Counted from the stretch's first letter, positions 15,858 through 25,571 are shown. The stretch: DNA of 32,000 nucleotides from Candidatus Scalindua sp. (GCA_031316235.1 JALDRA010000001.1:1590001-1622000); one strand, 5' to 3'. Made by a program: numbers and translations. Notes: generated by a model not told the origin, from the letters alone.

Positions 15858-17321
15858 ATGGCTTTAAAAATCTTTAACACCTTAACTAAGCAAAAAGAAG
15901 TATTTACACCATTAAAGGAAGGCAGAGTTGGGATTTATGTATGCGGCCCTACCGTCTATGACCATCCGCACATCGGCCACGCCAAGAGTTACATCAGTTT
16001 TGACGTAGTCGTTCGCTACCTGAGATATCTCGGCTATAAAGTCCGTTATGTACAAAATATCACCGATGTCGGACATTTGACGGATAATGCGGACGGCGGC
16101 GAAGACAAGATTGAGAAGAGAGCCAGGATTGAGGAAGTAGAACCCATGGAACTGGTTGAAATGTACATGCGAAGCTATTACGAAGACATGGACAAATTGA
16201 ATAATCTGCGGCCCGATATCTCACCCCGCGCAACGGGCCATATCCCCGAACAGATAGACCTGGTGAAGGTACTCATTGATAAGGGATTTGCCTATGAGGC
16301 AAACCAGTCTGTTTACTTTGATGTGTCCAAGTTCAAAGAATACGGCAAACTTTCAGGGAGAAAATTAGAAGAACAGGAGATGGGGGCACGTATTGATATA
16401 AATCCTGAAAAAAGACATCCGGCAGATTTTGCCCTCTGGAAGAGGGCTGAACCCGGCCACATTATGAAGTGGAACAGCCCATGGGGTGTAGGGTTTCCCG
16501 GTTGGCATCTTGAATGCTCGGTCATGTCAACGAGATATCTCGGTGATACCCTTGATATTCATGGTGGTGGTATCGAGAATGTCTTTCCTCATCACGAGTG
16601 TGAAATTGCTCAAAGCGAGGCGGCCAATTCCCTCCCCTTCGCCCGTTTCTGGATGCACAACAACATGGTTACCGTTAATGGACAAAAGATGGGGAAATCG
16701 CTGGGTAACTTCGTTACCCTCAAAGACGCATTTAAAAAATTCTCACCTGTAACAATACGTTTTTTTGTCCTTAACACTCACTACCGGAGCCCCATCAACT
16801 ATAGCAACGAAGCGTTAGAGGGGGCAGAAACGGGAATGGAAAGATTGCAGAATACCATACGCAATGTGAGAGAACGGCTCATTTCTGCAGAGGGCGCTGA
16901 AGGAGAAGATGTGTGGAAGACCAAACTGAAAAAATACAAACACGACTTTGAAGAGACGATGAACGAGGATTTCAATACAGCGGGTGCGCTGGCAGTTCTT
17001 TTTAATGCAGCACGGGAGGTGAATAATCTTCTCAATTCCGGCGAAAAAACCAGTAAATGGGTATTATCAGAAATAGACACTTTCTTCAGGGTGTTCGGCG
17101 GCGATGTTCTCGGTATTGTCGCTGACAAATCGGTCCAGATCGAGGAGAAGGAAAAAGATTTTAAACTGGAAGACAACCTGATAAAGGTTTTGGCTGAAAC
17201 AAGAAACGAACTGCGGGAAGCACAACAGTGGGAACTTGCAGATAAAATAAGGAATCGATTCAGTGAGCTCGGAATAGTTATTGAGGACAGAAAGGACGAA
17301 GTAGTTTGGCGGAAAAAATAG
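15858..17321 (+). CDS. cysS: Cysteine--tRNA ligase
   Basis: This 487-aa ORF has class I aaRS motifs HIGH (HPHIGHAKSY) and KMSKS (KMGKS). It also has CGPTVYD and WHLECS, typical of CysRS. Confidence 0.95.
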   Translation: MALKIFNTLTKQKEVFTPLKEGRVGIYVCGPTVYDHPHIGHAKSYISFDVVVRYLRYLGYKVRYVQNITDVGHLTDNADGGEDKIEKRARIEEVEPMELVEMYMRSYYEDMDKLNNLRPDISPRATGHIPEQIDLVKVLIDKGFAYEANQSVYFDVSKFKEYGKLSGRKLEEQEMGARIDINPEKRHPADFALWKRAEPGHIMKWNSPWGVGFPGWHLECSVMSTRYLGDTLDIHGGGIENVFPHHECEIAQSEAANSLPFARFWMHNNMVTVNGQKMGKSLGNFVTLKDAFKKFSPVTIRFFVLNTHYRSPINYSNEALEGAETGMERLQNTIRNVRERLISAEGAEGEDVWKTKLKKYKHDFEETMNEDFNTAGALAVLFNAAREVNNLLNSGEKTSKWVLSEIDTFFRVFGGDVLGIVADKSVQIEEKEKDFKLEDNLIKVLAETRNELREAQQWELADKIRNRFSELGIVIEDRKDEVVWRKK

Positions 17322-17327
17322 CTGACA

Positions 17328-17744
17328 ATGACAAAATACAAATTAATAGATCATACCGCAGATATAGGGATCGACATTTTTGGAAACACCCTGAGTGATC
17401 TGTTTTCAAACGCTGGCTTTGCCATGTTTGACATTATCACAGATATAACCGCTGTTGATGCAAAAGATGAGCACATTGTCAGGATTGAAGGTATCGATAA
17501 AGAACAATTACTCGTTAACTGGCTCGGTGAGTTATTATATCTGCATGATGTAAAATGTTTACTTTTTAAAGATTTTCTGATCACAGATATGAATAAAAAC
17601 CACCTCACTGCTACAATACGTGGTGAGAAATATATCGAGACTAAGCATGCTATTAATACCGTGATAAAGGCTGTAACCCACCATGCTTTATCAGTAAGAC
17701 ATGAACACAATCAGTGGAAGGCAAGGGTGATTTTTGACTTATAA
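17328..17744 (+). CDS. Archease (RtcB activator/chaperone)
   Basis: This 138-aa ORF has the N-terminal LIDHTADIGIDIFG characteristic of archease. It starts 6 nt after the cysS stop and is overlapped by rtcB. Confidence 0.85.
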   Translation: MTKYKLIDHTADIGIDIFGNTLSDLFSNAGFAMFDIITDITAVDAKDEHIVRIEGIDKEQLLVNWLGELLYLHDVKCLLFKDFLITDMNKNHLTATIRGEKYIETKHAINTVIKAVTHHALSVRHEHNQWKARVIFDL

Positions 17745-19182
17745 GTACAAGATTGAGAAAATAGATGAATATAGCTGGCGTATTCCGCGTGAAGGTAAAA
17801 TGCGCGTTGATGGAATTGTATACGCAAACGAAACCATGATGAAGGAAATACAGAAGGACGAGAGTTTACAACAGGTAATAAATGTGTCTCACCTTCCCGG
17901 CATTGTAGGCCACTCCTTTGGAATGCCTGACATTCACTGGGGATACGGTTTCCCCATCGGCGGTGTAGCCGCTTTTGACCTTGATGACGGTGTTGTATCT
18001 CCCGGCGGAGTTGGATACGATATCAATTGCGGGGTCAGACTGCTTCGTACTGATCTGCAACGGATAGAAATTGTCCACAAGTTGGATTCCCTGGTTAACA
18101 CCTTATTCAGCAGCATCCCATCCGGTGTTGGATCGCATCGCAAGGATTTAAGGCTCTCTCACCAGGAAGAAAAAAACGTGTTGAAAAACGGTGCACAGTG
18201 GGCTGTTTCGCAAGGATATGGTTCAAAAAATGATCTGGAACATATAGAGGAAAACGGTCGCATTGCCGGTGCTGATCCGGAACTGATCTCGGAACGGGCA
18301 TTAGAAAGGGGAAAAGCCCAATTGGGTACCCTTGGCTCAGGAAACCACTTTGTTGAGGTCGGCTATGTCTCTGAAGTTTACGACGCAAAGATCGCCCAGA
18401 CTCTCGGCCTTCAAAAAGACAGTATTACGATAGTCGTCCATACAGGCTCACGGGGATTCGGCTATCAGGTATGTGACGATTCCATACGTACCATGATAAA
18501 AGCCTCAAAAGAATTTAATATTGAATTACCAGACCGGCAACTGTGCTGCGCACCGATTAAATCACAGCAGGGGCAGGATTATCTTGCAAAAATGGCCTGT
18601 GCTGCAAACTACGCATTTGCCAATAGACAGATGATCACTCACTGGATAAAAGAATCATTCGAAAGATCACTGCACATAAATCCAGGCGAATCTAAAATAT
18701 CGGTGGTTTACGATGTATGTCATAATATAGCCAGGATCGAAGACCATATTGTAGATGGACGGAAAAAGCCCCTGTGTGTACACCGCAAAGGCGCGACACG
18801 CGCATTCCCCCCCCATCATGCGCAAACTCCTGATGCGTATAAGGAGGTTGGTCAGCCTGTATTGATACCAGGAGATATGGGGCGCTGCTCATATGTACTT
18901 GTCGGAACAGAAAAGGCATATACCACCACTTTCGGCAGCACGTGTCACGGAGCCGGCAGAGTAATGAGCAGGGGAAAAGCAAAGAAGCTGGCCAGCAGCA
19001 GAAATATTTCCAGGGAACTGAAAGAAAAAGGAATACTTGTAAGGGCGGACAGCAGGGCAACAATGGATGAAGAGATCCCGGAAGCGTATAAGGATGTGAC
19101 TGAAGTAGTCGACGTAGTAGAACATGCAGGGATCAGCAAAAAGATCGCTCAACTCAAACCGTTATGTGTTATTAAGGGATGA
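17734..19182 (+). CDS. rtcB: RNA-splicing/repair ligase RtcB (archaeal-type)
   Basis: This 482-aa ORF has GGVGYDINCGVRL, GSGNHFVEV, VHTGSRGFG, VHRKGATRAFPP and the catalytic-His region GSTCHGAGR. The only in-frame start upstream of the conserved N-terminal region is the TTG at 17734, which overlaps the archease gene by 11 nt. Confidence 0.92.
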   Translation: MTYKYKIEKIDEYSWRIPREGKMRVDGIVYANETMMKEIQKDESLQQVINVSHLPGIVGHSFGMPDIHWGYGFPIGGVAAFDLDDGVVSPGGVGYDINCGVRLLRTDLQRIEIVHKLDSLVNTLFSSIPSGVGSHRKDLRLSHQEEKNVLKNGAQWAVSQGYGSKNDLEHIEENGRIAGADPELISERALERGKAQLGTLGSGNHFVEVGYVSEVYDAKIAQTLGLQKDSITIVVHTGSRGFGYQVCDDSIRTMIKASKEFNIELPDRQLCCAPIKSQQGQDYLAKMACAANYAFANRQMITHWIKESFERSLHINPGESKISVVYDVCHNIARIEDHIVDGRKKPLCVHRKGATRAFPPHHAQTPDAYKEVGQPVLIPGDMGRCSYVLVGTEKAYTTTFGSTCHGAGRVMSRGKAKKLASSRNISRELKEKGILVRADSRATMDEEIPEAYKDVTEVVDVVEHAGISKKIAQLKPLCVIKG

Positions 19183-19331
19183 AAAGTACAGATTGTCCGC
19201 TTACATTTTGCTTATTTTTGCCCATTTATATGGGAATTCTACTGCTTTTTACTTTCTTCTCCACTTATTGACGGGATCTTTTAGCACAAATCCTTGATCC
19301 GCGTCTTTCGTAGGGGGACTTTGACATTGCC

Positions 19332-19375
19332 GTGATAATTACCAAAAAATATTTGAATTTTGGTAATTATTTCAC
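19332..19375. repeat. Perfect 13-bp inverted repeat (ATAATTACCAAAA / TTTTGGTAATTAT) with 10-nt spacer
   Basis: 19335-19347 pairs with 19358-19370. The flanking GTG (19332-19334) and CAC (19373-19375) extend the stem across a 2-nt bulge. The stem is AT-rich with no following T-run, so it looks more like a palindromic operator than an intrinsic terminator. Confidence 0.6.
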
Positions 19376-19725
19376 TACAATTACAGAACATCTGACAAGC
19401 AAATTCCTATTATCTATCGGTTGTTGAAAGCCGTTGGCAGAGCTATTGGCGTTAATCCTGACCGCTGTATGGGCGCGCAGGCGTAAGTGAATATCTGGAC
19501 TGTTATAAGTATCGTTTGAAGTGTCTTGGTACCTGATCTGACACTTCGGCTTTGGTATAGAGGAGCCGGCCGAACTTACAGCTTATTATTATGACCAGAA
19601 ACTGACAGAAAAACCCGATAAGCCAATAATCAATGCACTGAATTTTACTAAGAGAGCCTTTAAAGGTGCATGAATATGATGTTGGGGTAGGCCAATAAGT
19701 ATTTTAACCGCCAGACTATAAAAAT

Positions 19726-20883
19726 ATGATAATAAACCCCTCCGCAGAATTCAGCTTACCGGTCATTTTATTCAGTATCATTTTTCTCTCAGGCTGCGGA
19801 ACAGACATCGAGCCACTGACTGAGACGACACCGCGTGTTAAATACTTTGAGGTTGGTGAACAGGCAACCGGACAGTCCAGGCGTATTTCGGGCAAATTGA
19901 TACCGGCTGATACGTCGGTACTCAGCTTCAGTGTTAGTGGTACTATCGAGCAGGTATTGGTCAGCAGAGGAGATACGGTTCTACAAGGCCAGGTATTAGC
20001 CGTGCTGGATATTGAACCGCTACGACTCGCCGTGGAACAAGCACGGGCGCAGCTCAATATAGCGCGGTCAAAGGTTACGGAAACCAAGCAAATTTATGAC
20101 CGTACCGTAACGCTGTTTCATAAACGCGCATCGTCACAGGCTGAGGTTGACACCGCAACCGCAAATCACGCAGCGGCGCGTGGCAATTTAAAGGCTGCCC
20201 AGAGTGACCTTGATCGCAAGCAGCGCAATCTTTCACATGCCGAATTAACCGCACCCTTTGCAGGCACGATTGCCGAACGGAATATTGATCCTTTCCAGGA
20301 AACGACGGTTGGTCAGAGTGCCTTTTTACTGCAATCCTCTGATGCCCTGGAAGTCGATGTCCGCATCCCTGAAACGATGATTCGCGATATTGATTATGGT
20401 CAGCGAGTACAGGTCACCTTCCCCACAATCCAGGGCAAAAGCTTAACCGGCGTGGTCAGTGAAATCGGCTCGCGAGTTGGAGCAGGTAATGCCTTTCCCG
20501 TAAAGATCCAGTTATCCGCATCGCAAACCAAATTACTTCCTGGCATGACAGCCAGTATCACCTTTAACTTCAACGAGTACCTTGAGGGTCGTACCGTGTA
20601 TTTGATACCTCTTGCAGCGATTGCCATAGAATTCAGCATGCTCAGGCAAGCGAAAGGGAGCAGTTCACAGGTGTCTCAAAAGACAGCACCGGTATTTGTG
20701 GTTGACGATAACCACCGGCTGCAAGTCAGGGATGTGGTCATCGGTGACCTTCGAGGAAATCAACTGGAAGTTTATGAAGGCCTCGAAGCGGGTGAGAAGA
20801 TTGTCAGCGCAGGCGTCACCTTTCTGCATGAAAATATGACGGTTGAACTGTGGACGCCTGAACAGGGTTTAACAGATGGATAA
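19726..20883 (+). CDS. Efflux RND transporter periplasmic adaptor (membrane fusion protein, HlyD/AcrA family), lipoprotein
   Basis: This 385-aa ORF has a signal peptide with the lipobox IIFLSGC. It also has the alpha-hairpin region typical of MFPs (LRLAVEQARAQLNIARSKV...AARGNLKAAQSDLDRKQ). It overlaps the permease start by 8 nt. Confidence 0.85.
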   Translation: MIINPSAEFSLPVILFSIIFLSGCGTDIEPLTETTPRVKYFEVGEQATGQSRRISGKLIPADTSVLSFSVSGTIEQVLVSRGDTVLQGQVLAVLDIEPLRLAVEQARAQLNIARSKVTETKQIYDRTVTLFHKRASSQAEVDTATANHAAARGNLKAAQSDLDRKQRNLSHAELTAPFAGTIAERNIDPFQETTVGQSAFLLQSSDALEVDVRIPETMIRDIDYGQRVQVTFPTIQGKSLTGVVSEIGSRVGAGNAFPVKIQLSASQTKLLPGMTASITFNFNEYLEGRTVYLIPLAAIAIEFSMLRQAKGSSSQVSQKTAPVFVVDDNHRLQVRDVVIGDLRGNQLEVYEGLEAGEKIVSAGVTFLHENMTVELWTPEQGLTDG

Positions 20884-23800
20884 ACTTACCCGGTTCACGA
20901 TTAGTCATGCCAGATTTTCGGGCTTATTGATTGTTGCGATTTTGCTTGGCGGGCTTGCTATTTTCGTTTCCCAGCCCCGGCAGGAAGATCCCGAAATCAC
21001 CTTGCGCAGCGCACAGGTGATCACCTCTTTTCCAGGTTTATCGCCCGAACGAATAGAACAGCTCATCACGCGTCCTATTGAAGACAAAATCAAGGAGTTG
21101 TCTGAAATCGACAAAATTAAGTCCGTCTCAATGACGGGCCTATCAATTGTTACGCCGGAAGCCCATGCCCGTTACCACGATATGGATACGATTTGGGCTG
21201 ACCTGCGCAATAAGATGAATGATCTGCGTGATAGCTTGCCAGAGGGTACCCAGGGCCTAACCGTTAATGACGATTACGGCCGTGTTGCGGTGGTCACACT
21301 GGCACTTACTGGAGCCGACTATTCCATGGCCGAACTCAACGAGGTCGCTAAAGATATTAAAGATAGCTTGAGTAGCCTGCCACTGGTAGCGCGTGTCGAT
21401 CTGTATGGGGTCCAGGATGAACGTATCTGGTTAGAGTTTGATGCACATTTTATGGCCCAGTTTAAGTTAACTCCGACCGCCATTGTGACCGCATTGCGGG
21501 CACAAAATATTGTGTTGCCCGGCGGAACGGTTAATGCCGCCGGACAGACGGTGGTCATTGAACCCTCCGGTGACTTTCGCTCAGTGGATGAAATTCGTAA
21601 TTTAGCCATTGAAACGGATGACGGCGAATTAGTCTATCTGCGTGATCTGGCAACTGTCCGGCGGGGCTATGTGGATCCTCCCAAAGCCCCGGCTTTCTAT
21701 AATAACCAGCCGGCGATTGTGTTGGGCGTATCCATGATGACTGCCTCTAATGTGGTTGAGCTGGGCAAACAGGTTAATGCCCGGCTAGGCACCCTTAAGC
21801 CCAAGTTGCCTGTTGGCATGCAGTTGGACGTTGCGATTTTCCAACCTGACCTGGTAGAAGCGTCGGTGAATGACGCCACCAACAATCTACTGCAGACCAT
21901 GGTTGTGGTATTGGTCGTGGTGATGCTGTTTCTTGGTTGGCGTATCGGTTTAATTGTTGGCACTATGGTGCCTCTGACTATGATGGCAACCTTGATAGGT
22001 ATGTACATATGGGATATCGAGTTACACAGGGTGTCGATCGCCGCCATCATTGTTGCTCTGGGCTTGCTGGTGGATAACGGTGTCGTTATAGCCGAAGATA
22101 TTCGCCAGCGCATGGATAGTGGAGTGGAGCGGCTTGAGGCTGCACTCGCAACACCCAGAATCCTGGCCATCCCGCTGCTTACCAGCTCCCTTACCACCGT
22201 AATTGCATTTCTTCCCTTGGTATTAATCGATGATACTACGGGAGAATTTCTGCGTTCATTAGGCCAGGTATTAGCCATTGCCCTGCTATCTTCCTGGGTA
22301 TTAGCCATTACCGTCATTCCTGCATTTTGTTACTGGTTTTTGCCTGTCTCGACAAATACTAATTCGAAAAATACCGGTTCCACAAACAATAGCGCCAACA
22401 CCTATAAGGCTCCAGCTTACAAGTTCTATCGCCAGCTACTTGGCATCCTACTTAAATGGCGGGTTGCGTTTATTGTTTTGATGATTATTTGCCTGTTTGC
22501 TTCGAGTCAGGTTTTTCAGTTTGTTAAACAGCGATCGCTGGGGCCGTCAGAGCGTAACCAGTTTACTGTGTATATTGATTTGCCCGCCGAAGCCGATATC
22601 AGTGAAACACTGATTGCCAGCCACAAATTAGCGGCCTATTTGAACGATAAGGGAAAGAACCCGGAAGTCACCGGTATTTTGACTTATGTGGGTTCCGGTG
22701 GACCCCGATTTTTTCTGGCTTTAAGCCCCAATGATGCGCAACCCAACAAGGCCTTTCTTGTGGTTAACACCCAAACCAGTGATCAAATAGCCCGGGTTAT
22801 GCAGCGTGTTGAGGAGTTTATTAAGCAAGATTTGCCGCAGGCCAATGGCAGAGCGGATATTCTGTTTCTCGGTCACGGAGCGCTTGGCTCCGTCGAAATA
22901 CGCGTGCGGGGTTCCAATGCGGATGTGTTGCGAGCGCTGGGAGCGCAGGTGAAAGACGCCTTTTACCGTGTGCCCGGTGCTCAAACAATCCGCAGTGACT
23001 GGGAAAACCCGGTGTTTAAATTGGTGGTAGATATTGACCAGGAACGGGCCAGGCGTGCCGGCGTAACAAGCGAAGCGATCGCGCGCACTTTATCCGCCTC
23101 CTTTGATGGCTATCAGATCACCAGTTATCGTGAGGAAGACAAAGTCATACCGGTAACTATTCGTGCGCAGTCAGATGATCGCGGTAATCTGGATCGCTTG
23201 AGAACCGTCGAGATATTATCTGACGCTGGTGTTCCTGTACCGCTATTACAAATAGCTGACTTCAAAGGTGTCGTCGAGGCCAGCCGGATTCGCCGCTATA
23301 ACCAGCAACGCGCCCTCACTATCGTCGGCAAACACCCGCGTTTAACGGCGATTGAACTCTACGCCGCGATGCAAGAAGGATTGAATGCCATCGAGGTGCC
23401 AGGCGGTTATACGTTAGAGCTGGAAGGTGAAATCAAAGGCTCTCAGGAATCGAACAGTAAGCTATTTGGCTACGCTCCTCATGCCCTCTTCCTGATTATG
23501 CTGTTGCTGATGTTGCAATTTAACTCTTTTCGCCGCTCTGCCATTATCCTGCTCACCATACCCCTGGTTATTATCGGTGCCAATTTTGGCTTGGCGATAT
23601 TTAACGCCTTCTTCGACTTTACCGCTATGTTAGGCCTGTTTAGCTTGGCGGGAATTATTGTTAACAATGGTATTGTCATGATTGACCGAATTGATCAGGC
23701 ACGAGACGAGGGTTTGATGGTTGATGCAGCCGTGACCATAGCGGCACTCGCCCGTGCACGGCCCATCATCATGACCACCATTACCACTATTGCGGGACTA

Positions 23801-23971
23801 TTACCGTTGGCATTATTTGGTGGCGAGTTCTGGTATGGCATGGCCATTGTCATTATGTGCGGTCTTGGAATGGGCACTATTCTGACCTTGGGTTTCGTGC
23901 CTGTTTTATACAGCTTAATGTTTCGTTACAAGGACGCAGCACCGGCCACCGCAACGGAACACGCGATATGA
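20876..23971 (+). CDS. Efflux RND transporter permease (AcrB/AcrD/AcrF family)
   Basis: This 1031-aa ORF has N-terminal MDKLTRFTISHARFSGLLIVAILLGG, about 12 predicted transmembrane segments with two large periplasmic loops, and the conserved LGLLVDNGVVIAEDI region. Confidence 0.92.
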   Translation: MDKLTRFTISHARFSGLLIVAILLGGLAIFVSQPRQEDPEITLRSAQVITSFPGLSPERIEQLITRPIEDKIKELSEIDKIKSVSMTGLSIVTPEAHARYHDMDTIWADLRNKMNDLRDSLPEGTQGLTVNDDYGRVAVVTLALTGADYSMAELNEVAKDIKDSLSSLPLVARVDLYGVQDERIWLEFDAHFMAQFKLTPTAIVTALRAQNIVLPGGTVNAAGQTVVIEPSGDFRSVDEIRNLAIETDDGELVYLRDLATVRRGYVDPPKAPAFYNNQPAIVLGVSMMTASNVVELGKQVNARLGTLKPKLPVGMQLDVAIFQPDLVEASVNDATNNLLQTMVVVLVVVMLFLGWRIGLIVGTMVPLTMMATLIGMYIWDIELHRVSIAAIIVALGLLVDNGVVIAEDIRQRMDSGVERLEAALATPRILAIPLLTSSLTTVIAFLPLVLIDDTTGEFLRSLGQVLAIALLSSWVLAITVIPAFCYWFLPVSTNTNSKNTGSTNNSANTYKAPAYKFYRQLLGILLKWRVAFIVLMIICLFASSQVFQFVKQRSLGPSERNQFTVYIDLPAEADISETLIASHKLAAYLNDKGKNPEVTGILTYVGSGGPRFFLALSPNDAQPNKAFLVVNTQTSDQIARVMQRVEEFIKQDLPQANGRADILFLGHGALGSVEIRVRGSNADVLRALGAQVKDAFYRVPGAQTIRSDWENPVFKLVVDIDQERARRAGVTSEAIARTLSASFDGYQITSYREEDKVIPVTIRAQSDDRGNLDRLRTVEILSDAGVPVPLLQIADFKGVVEASRIRRYNQQRALTIVGKHPRLTAIELYAAMQEGLNAIEVPGGYTLELEGEIKGSQESNSKLFGYAPHALFLIMLLLMLQFNSFRRSAIILLTIPLVIIGANFGLAIFNAFFDFTAMLGLFSLAGIIVNNGIVMIDRIDQARDEGLMVDAAVTIAALARARPIIMTTITTIAGLLPLALFGGEFWYGMAIVIMCGLGMGTILTLGFVPVLYSLMFRYKDAAPATATEHAI

Positions 23972-25449
23972 TTGATTACCTTATGAATAACGACCGATTT
24001 ACGTGTCAACTCAAGTGCATACCCAGGTGCCGATTTGCAGGGCTATTATTATTTACTTTGCTGGTCAGTTGCACCACGGTAGGCCCTGATTATAAAAAAC
24101 CTGATATAGCATCACCTGAAGCGTGGGTCGGTCAACTTGAAGGCGGTTTGACCCAGCAACAACTCGATCCGGAGACACTCTCGCAATGGTGGAAATCCCT
24201 GGAGGACCCTGTACTTAGTGGTTTTGTGGAAAGGGCAATAGCTGCCAACCTTGATCTCAGAACAGCGGAAGCACAATTGCGCCAGGCCAGAGCCCAAAGG
24301 GGCATCACTGGCAGCACTCGCTTTCCAACGATAGATGCCGAAGGCTTTGCGACTCGCGCTGGAAGCAGTGAAAACGCCGGCGCGGGTTCAACCTCTGAAC
24401 TTTATTCTTCCTCCTTTGATGCTGCCTGGGAGCTGGACATTTTTGGTGGCCGGCACCGTGCTCTTGAGGCAGCCGAAGCTGACTTTCAAGCGGCCCAGGA
24501 AGCGCGACGTGATGTGCTGGTTTCGGTGTTAGCAGAAGTGGCTGTTAACTATATTGAGTTGCGCACTTTTCAGGCCCAGCACGCTGTTGCCAAGCAAAAC
24601 TTATTGGTACAACTTGATACGTTAGAAATTGTACAGGCACAATTCGATGCTGGTGCGGTGTTGGAGCTTGATCTTGAGCGTGCGGTATCAAATGCAGAAA
24701 CTACACGCTCCGAACTACCCCGTCTAAACCAGGCTATTTCTCAAGCCAAAAATCGTCTCGCCGTATTGATTGGTCAGGCCCCCGGCACAGTTGACAAAGA
24801 GTTAGACAGGTTGCGGCTGATGTCCACTCCCAGTGTACAAATTGCTGTTGGTGTGCCGGCTGAAACATTGCGCAGACGGCCTGATGTGCGCCGTGCCGAG
24901 CGTCAACTTGCCGCAGAAACGGCACGGATTGGCGTTGCCACAGCCGAGCTTTATCCAAAGTTCACCTTAGCCGGCACAATCGGCATCGAGTCTTTATCTC
25001 CGTCAAACCTCACTGCAAGTGATAGCAGAACCTGGGGTATCAGCCCGAGTGTGCAATGGAATATTTTTGATGGCGGTCGCACCCGGCAAAAAATTGCAGT
25101 GCAAAATGCCCTGCAAGAACAGGCTATGGTGCAATACGAAGCCAGTATTCTCAATGCGCTGGAAGAAGTGGAAAATGCGATTACCGCGTTTACCCAGGAG
25201 CAACTTCGTTATCGCTCGCTAGTGGAGTCAGCTGCAGCAGCAGAACGAGCGGCAAATATTGCTCAGACTCGCTATGAAGCAGGGGCAAGCAATTTTCTAA
25301 CAGTTCTCGATACGCAACGAACCCTGCTGAGCACCCAGAATCGACAAGCTGCCAGCCAGGGAATGATTATGTCCAATCTGGTTCGCTTATATAAATCGTT
25401 GGGGGGAGGCTGGGCTCCTGAACAACCCGGCAGTAGGAAAACGAAATGA
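23968..25449 (+). CDS. Efflux transporter outer-membrane factor lipoprotein (NodT/OprM family)
   Basis: The ORF track starts at 23857, inside the permease gene. The Met at 23968 (ATGA overlap with the permease stop) gives a signal peptide with lipobox LLVSC followed by TTVGPDYKKP, the usual NodT-family N-terminus. Duplicated OEP repeats follow. Confidence 0.9.
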   Translation: MIDYLMNNDRFTCQLKCIPRCRFAGLLLFTLLVSCTTVGPDYKKPDIASPEAWVGQLEGGLTQQQLDPETLSQWWKSLEDPVLSGFVERAIAANLDLRTAEAQLRQARAQRGITGSTRFPTIDAEGFATRAGSSENAGAGSTSELYSSSFDAAWELDIFGGRHRALEAAEADFQAAQEARRDVLVSVLAEVAVNYIELRTFQAQHAVAKQNLLVQLDTLEIVQAQFDAGAVLELDLERAVSNAETTRSELPRLNQAISQAKNRLAVLIGQAPGTVDKELDRLRLMSTPSVQIAVGVPAETLRRRPDVRRAERQLAAETARIGVATAELYPKFTLAGTIGIESLSPSNLTASDSRTWGISPSVQWNIFDGGRTRQKIAVQNALQEQAMVQYEASILNALEEVENAITAFTQEQLRYRSLVESAAAAERAANIAQTRYEAGASNFLTVLDTQRTLLSTQNRQAASQGMIMSNLVRLYKSLGGGWAPEQPGSRKTK

Positions 25450-25571
25450 TATCTATCAAGGTTCCTGATTTTGTCGTTTATACGATGGGCACCGTCGTGT
25501 TCTTTGCGGACAGAGAGATCAATTACCAACTGGAAACTCGTGACTTGCTGCTGGTTTATTTTTCGGGCTGA
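25446..25571 (+). CDS. 41-codon ORF translationally coupled (ATGA) to the outer-membrane factor gene; possible truncated remnant
   Basis: Hand translation gives MISIKVPDFVVYTMGTVVFFADREINYQLETRDLLLVYFSG followed by a stop. The ATG at 25446 overlaps the TGA at 25447-25449. It is too short for the ORF track, and I recognise no family. Confidence 0.25.
   Translation: MISIKVPDFVVYTMGTVVFFADREINYQLETRDLLLVYFSG

Noticed and set aside
16799-17341. 180-aa minus-strand ORF (Ser/Leu/Phe-rich)
   Set aside because: It is entirely antisense to cysS and of low complexity, so it is a shadow ORF.
20841-20863. GGTTGAAC-N7-GCCTGAAC inside the 3' end of the adaptor gene, resembling the two half-sites of the recurrent motif
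   Set aside because: Order and spacing differ from the intergenic copies (GCCTGAAC-N11-GGTTGAAC). It lies in coding sequence (TVELWTPEQG) of the compositionally foreign segment. I treat it as coincidental unless a genome-wide motif search says otherwise.
21319-23877. Minus-strand ORFs within the RND permease gene (for example 21697..22317, 206 aa)
   Set aside because: High G+C coding regions generate long antisense ORFs. These have Ser/Thr/Arg/Ala-rich composition, no motifs, and fully overlap a 1031-aa conserved gene.
23857-23967. Upstream extension of the outer-membrane factor ORF
   Set aside because: It lies inside the permease gene. The lipoprotein signal peptide begins right after the Met at 23968, which is ATGA-coupled to the permease stop.
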